A DNA stretch of 64,000 nt from Chloroflexota bacterium (GTDB lineage Bacteria > Chloroflexota > Anaerolineae > Anaerolineales > E44-bin32): positions 66,049 through 130,048 of the forward strand of contig JADFRG010000003.1 in NCBI GenBank assembly GCA_022561385.1, given 5' to 3'. The notes below the pieces were generated by a model, which saw nothing but the letters and a program-made list of their open reading frames with translations, searched no databases and was not told the DNA's origin. Shown here piece after piece: positions 62,453 to 64,000 of the stretch (positions are counted from its first letter, which is position 1; every line of letters starts with the position of its first letter). A program made the position numbers and the translations under genes.

Positions 62453-64000
62453 TTAGCGTTCAATGGAGAGGTCCTGAAGAATCGGAATACCTATCGCCGA
62501 CAGCTCATAACCCTTCACGTATGGGCGCACCAGGACATAGCTGCGATTGTGCCAGAGCGGGACGGCGACCCAGTCGTCCAGGATGCGCCGCTCAATCTCC
62601 TGGTACAGGGCCATGCGGGCCTCGTGGTCCGGCTCCACTGCAGCTTCCTCCAGCAGGCTGTCCACCTCAGGATTGGAGTACCCAAAGTGATTTTCGTCGC
62701 TTTCGCTGTGGAACAGCACCTCCAGGAAGTTCTGCGGGTCTGGGTAGTCGGCGCACCAGCCGGTGGCCTCCAGAGGCAGCTCCTTGGCATCCCGCCGGTC
62801 AAGGTAGTCTTGCGGTTCGGGAAGTGACACCGCTTCCACCTCCACCCCTAGATATTCCTGCCACATCCAATGGAAGGCGTCGTCATGCGTGAAAGACACG
62901 ATGACGGGCAGGTTTTCCGCACCACCGTACCGAGATTGTTCCAGCAGGGCCCGGGCTTGAGACGGGTCGAAGGGAACCGGCGAGAGGGACGGGTTATGAC
63001 CGGGCATATCGGGAGGAACAATGCTGCTGGCCCGGTCTGGCATCCCCTTCAAGCTGACGGCCAGTAGCTTATCTATGTCCAACGCGAGAGCAAAGGCCTG
63101 GCGAACCTTGGGATCGTCAAAGGGTGGCATAGTTACGTTGAAGGCTAGATAGCTCGTACAGAACTGCGTGGCCACCTCCAGGCCGTTGCTGAGCGGATTG
63201 GCCGGGTCTTGAGCGCGCTCGATGTTAGAGGTGAATACAGGGACCAGATCAATCTCGCCCTGCTCATACATAATCATGGGGCGCCCCGCGAACAGGCGGT
63301 ACACGACGTGCGCCAGCTCGGGCACGCCGCCGTAGTATTGCTCATTTCGCTCCAGGACAAGCAACTCGTCTTTCTCCCACACCTTGAGCTTGAAGGGGCC
63401 GGTGCCATTGGGTGCATCGGTCCAGTCGTCGCCGGACTCCACGTTGTTCCGGTCGACCACGTAGGCGGTGGGGTAGGCCAACTTCTGGAGGAAGTAGGGC
63501 TTGGGCGCGTCAATGGTCACGCGAAGGGTCAAGTCGTCCAGCACCTGCAGGCCGGTTATCTCTGTCGCCTCTCCGTCTAGCTTCTCTTTTACCCCTAAAA
63601 TGTCGCCCAAGTAGGTGCGGGCTGTGGGCGATTCAATGGCCGGGTCGGCGGCGCGCTCCCACGCGTACTTGAAGTCGTGGGCCGTCAGCTGCTTGCCATC
63701 GTGGAAGAGCACGTCCGGGCGCAAGTGGAACGTGTACACAGTCCCACCGCCCGTCACCTCCCAGTCCCCAGCGATGTCCGGCACTACCCGCAGCTCTCGG
63801 TCCAGCCTGACCAAGCCGCTGAAAATTGCCCCGGGGACCCCCGCCGGGCTGCCGCGGTAGAGGGGTGGATCTAGCGTCAGGATCTCGCCTCCCCCTAAGA
63901 AGAGCGAGTCGTCTTGCGACGCGCCAAAGGGAGCGGGGGCTTCTAGCGTAAAGCTGGAGGCGAAGGCGTTAATGGCTCCAGCCAGCTGGTCGTATTCCGC
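62453..64000 (-). CDS. ABC transporter substrate-binding protein, family 5 (peptide/nickel, OppA/DppA-like), N-terminus beyond the right edge
   Basis: The frame stays open from 63814 to the window end (AEYDQLAGAINAFASSFTLEAPAPFGASQDDSLFLGGGEILTLDPPLYRGSPAGVPGAIFSGLVRLD). Family-5 SBP similarity throughout. Confidence 0.85.
   Translation of the reverse strand, partial: AEYDQLAGAINAFASSFTLEAPAPFGASQDDSLFLGGGEILTLDPPLYRGSPAGVPGAIFSGLVRLDRELRVVPDIAGDWEVTGGGTVYTFHLRPDVLFHDGKQLTAHDFKYAWERAADPAIESPTARTYLGDILGVKEKLDGEATEITGLQVLDDLTLRVTIDAPKPYFLQKLAYPTAYVVDRNNVESGDDWTDAPNGTGPFKLKVWEKDELLVLERNEQYYGGVPELAHVVYRLFAGRPMIMYEQGEIDLVPVFTSNIERAQDPANPLSNGLEVATQFCTSYLAFNVTMPPFDDPKVRQAFALALDIDKLLAVSLKGMPDRASSIVPPDMPGHNPSLSPVPFDPSQARALLEQSRYGGAENLPVIVSFTHDDAFHWMWQEYLGVEVEAVSLPEPQDYLDRRDAKELPLEATGWCADYPDPQNFLEVLFHSESDENHFGYSNPEVDSLLEEAAVEPDHEARMALYQEIERRILDDWVAVPLWHNRSYVLVRPYVKGYELSAIGIPILQDLSIER

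Overview
GC-rich bacterial chromosomal window. The taxon is not determinable from sequence alone; Pro/Thr-rich linkers, DUF5667-type anti-sigma and near-leaderless promoters suggest a Chloroflexota-like organism (inference only). No rRNA, tRNA, CRISPR or intact IS element was seen.

Core content, left to right:
- ppdK 5' end.
- A complete minus-strand suf operon (sufC-B-D-orf99-S-U-Rieske), divergent from sufR plus a DUF59/SufT-like gene.
- An ECF sigma pair, a DnaQ-DinG fusion helicase and efp.
- A PKD surface protein, a membrane pseudokinase divergent from a second ECF sigma/anti-sigma pair, and a radical SAM enzyme with a C-terminal Cys cluster.
- A decayed methyltransferase paralog.
- A SAM-I riboswitch controlling a trans-sulfuration PLP enzyme.
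- A seven-gene arginine operon (argC-B-D-GNAT-G-J-H) and a family-5 UDG.
- A translationally coupled zinc-ribbon radical SAM plus Cys-rich ArsM-like methyltransferase pair.
- A GT4 glycosyltransferase and a Hanks kinase.
- An extracytoplasmic redox cluster, then a 3-gene island bracketed by 255-bp direct repeats.
- maoC, an MFS transporter and acs.
- A TetR-linked accessory block, and a peptidase plus peptide-binding SBP.

Most interesting observations:
1. Two divergently transcribed thioredoxin-fold genes (39055-39459 minus, 39624-40253 plus) are interrupted by in-frame TGA exactly at the redox-motif Cys positions. The motifs read G-TGA-F-Q-TGA (U-x-x-U) and W-TGA-Q-P-C (U-x-x-C). Each has a small GU-loop hairpin 11-18 nt downstream, making them candidate extracytoplasmic selenoproteins, one with a possible diselenide.
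2. A GTGA-overlapped radical SAM (multi-cluster, N-terminal zinc ribbon) and ArsM-like methyltransferase module sits at 32425-34760. A decayed inverted paralog of the methyltransferase lies beside a second radical SAM enzyme.
3. That second radical SAM enzyme has a 38-codon, 4-Cys ORF overlapping its ATG by ATGA.
4. A TetR promoter/operator/5'-CDS module has been duplicated in front of a SnoaL-like gene.
5. Smaller observations include a pseudokinase, an ATT start for sufC, frameshifted genes and structured intergenic repeats.
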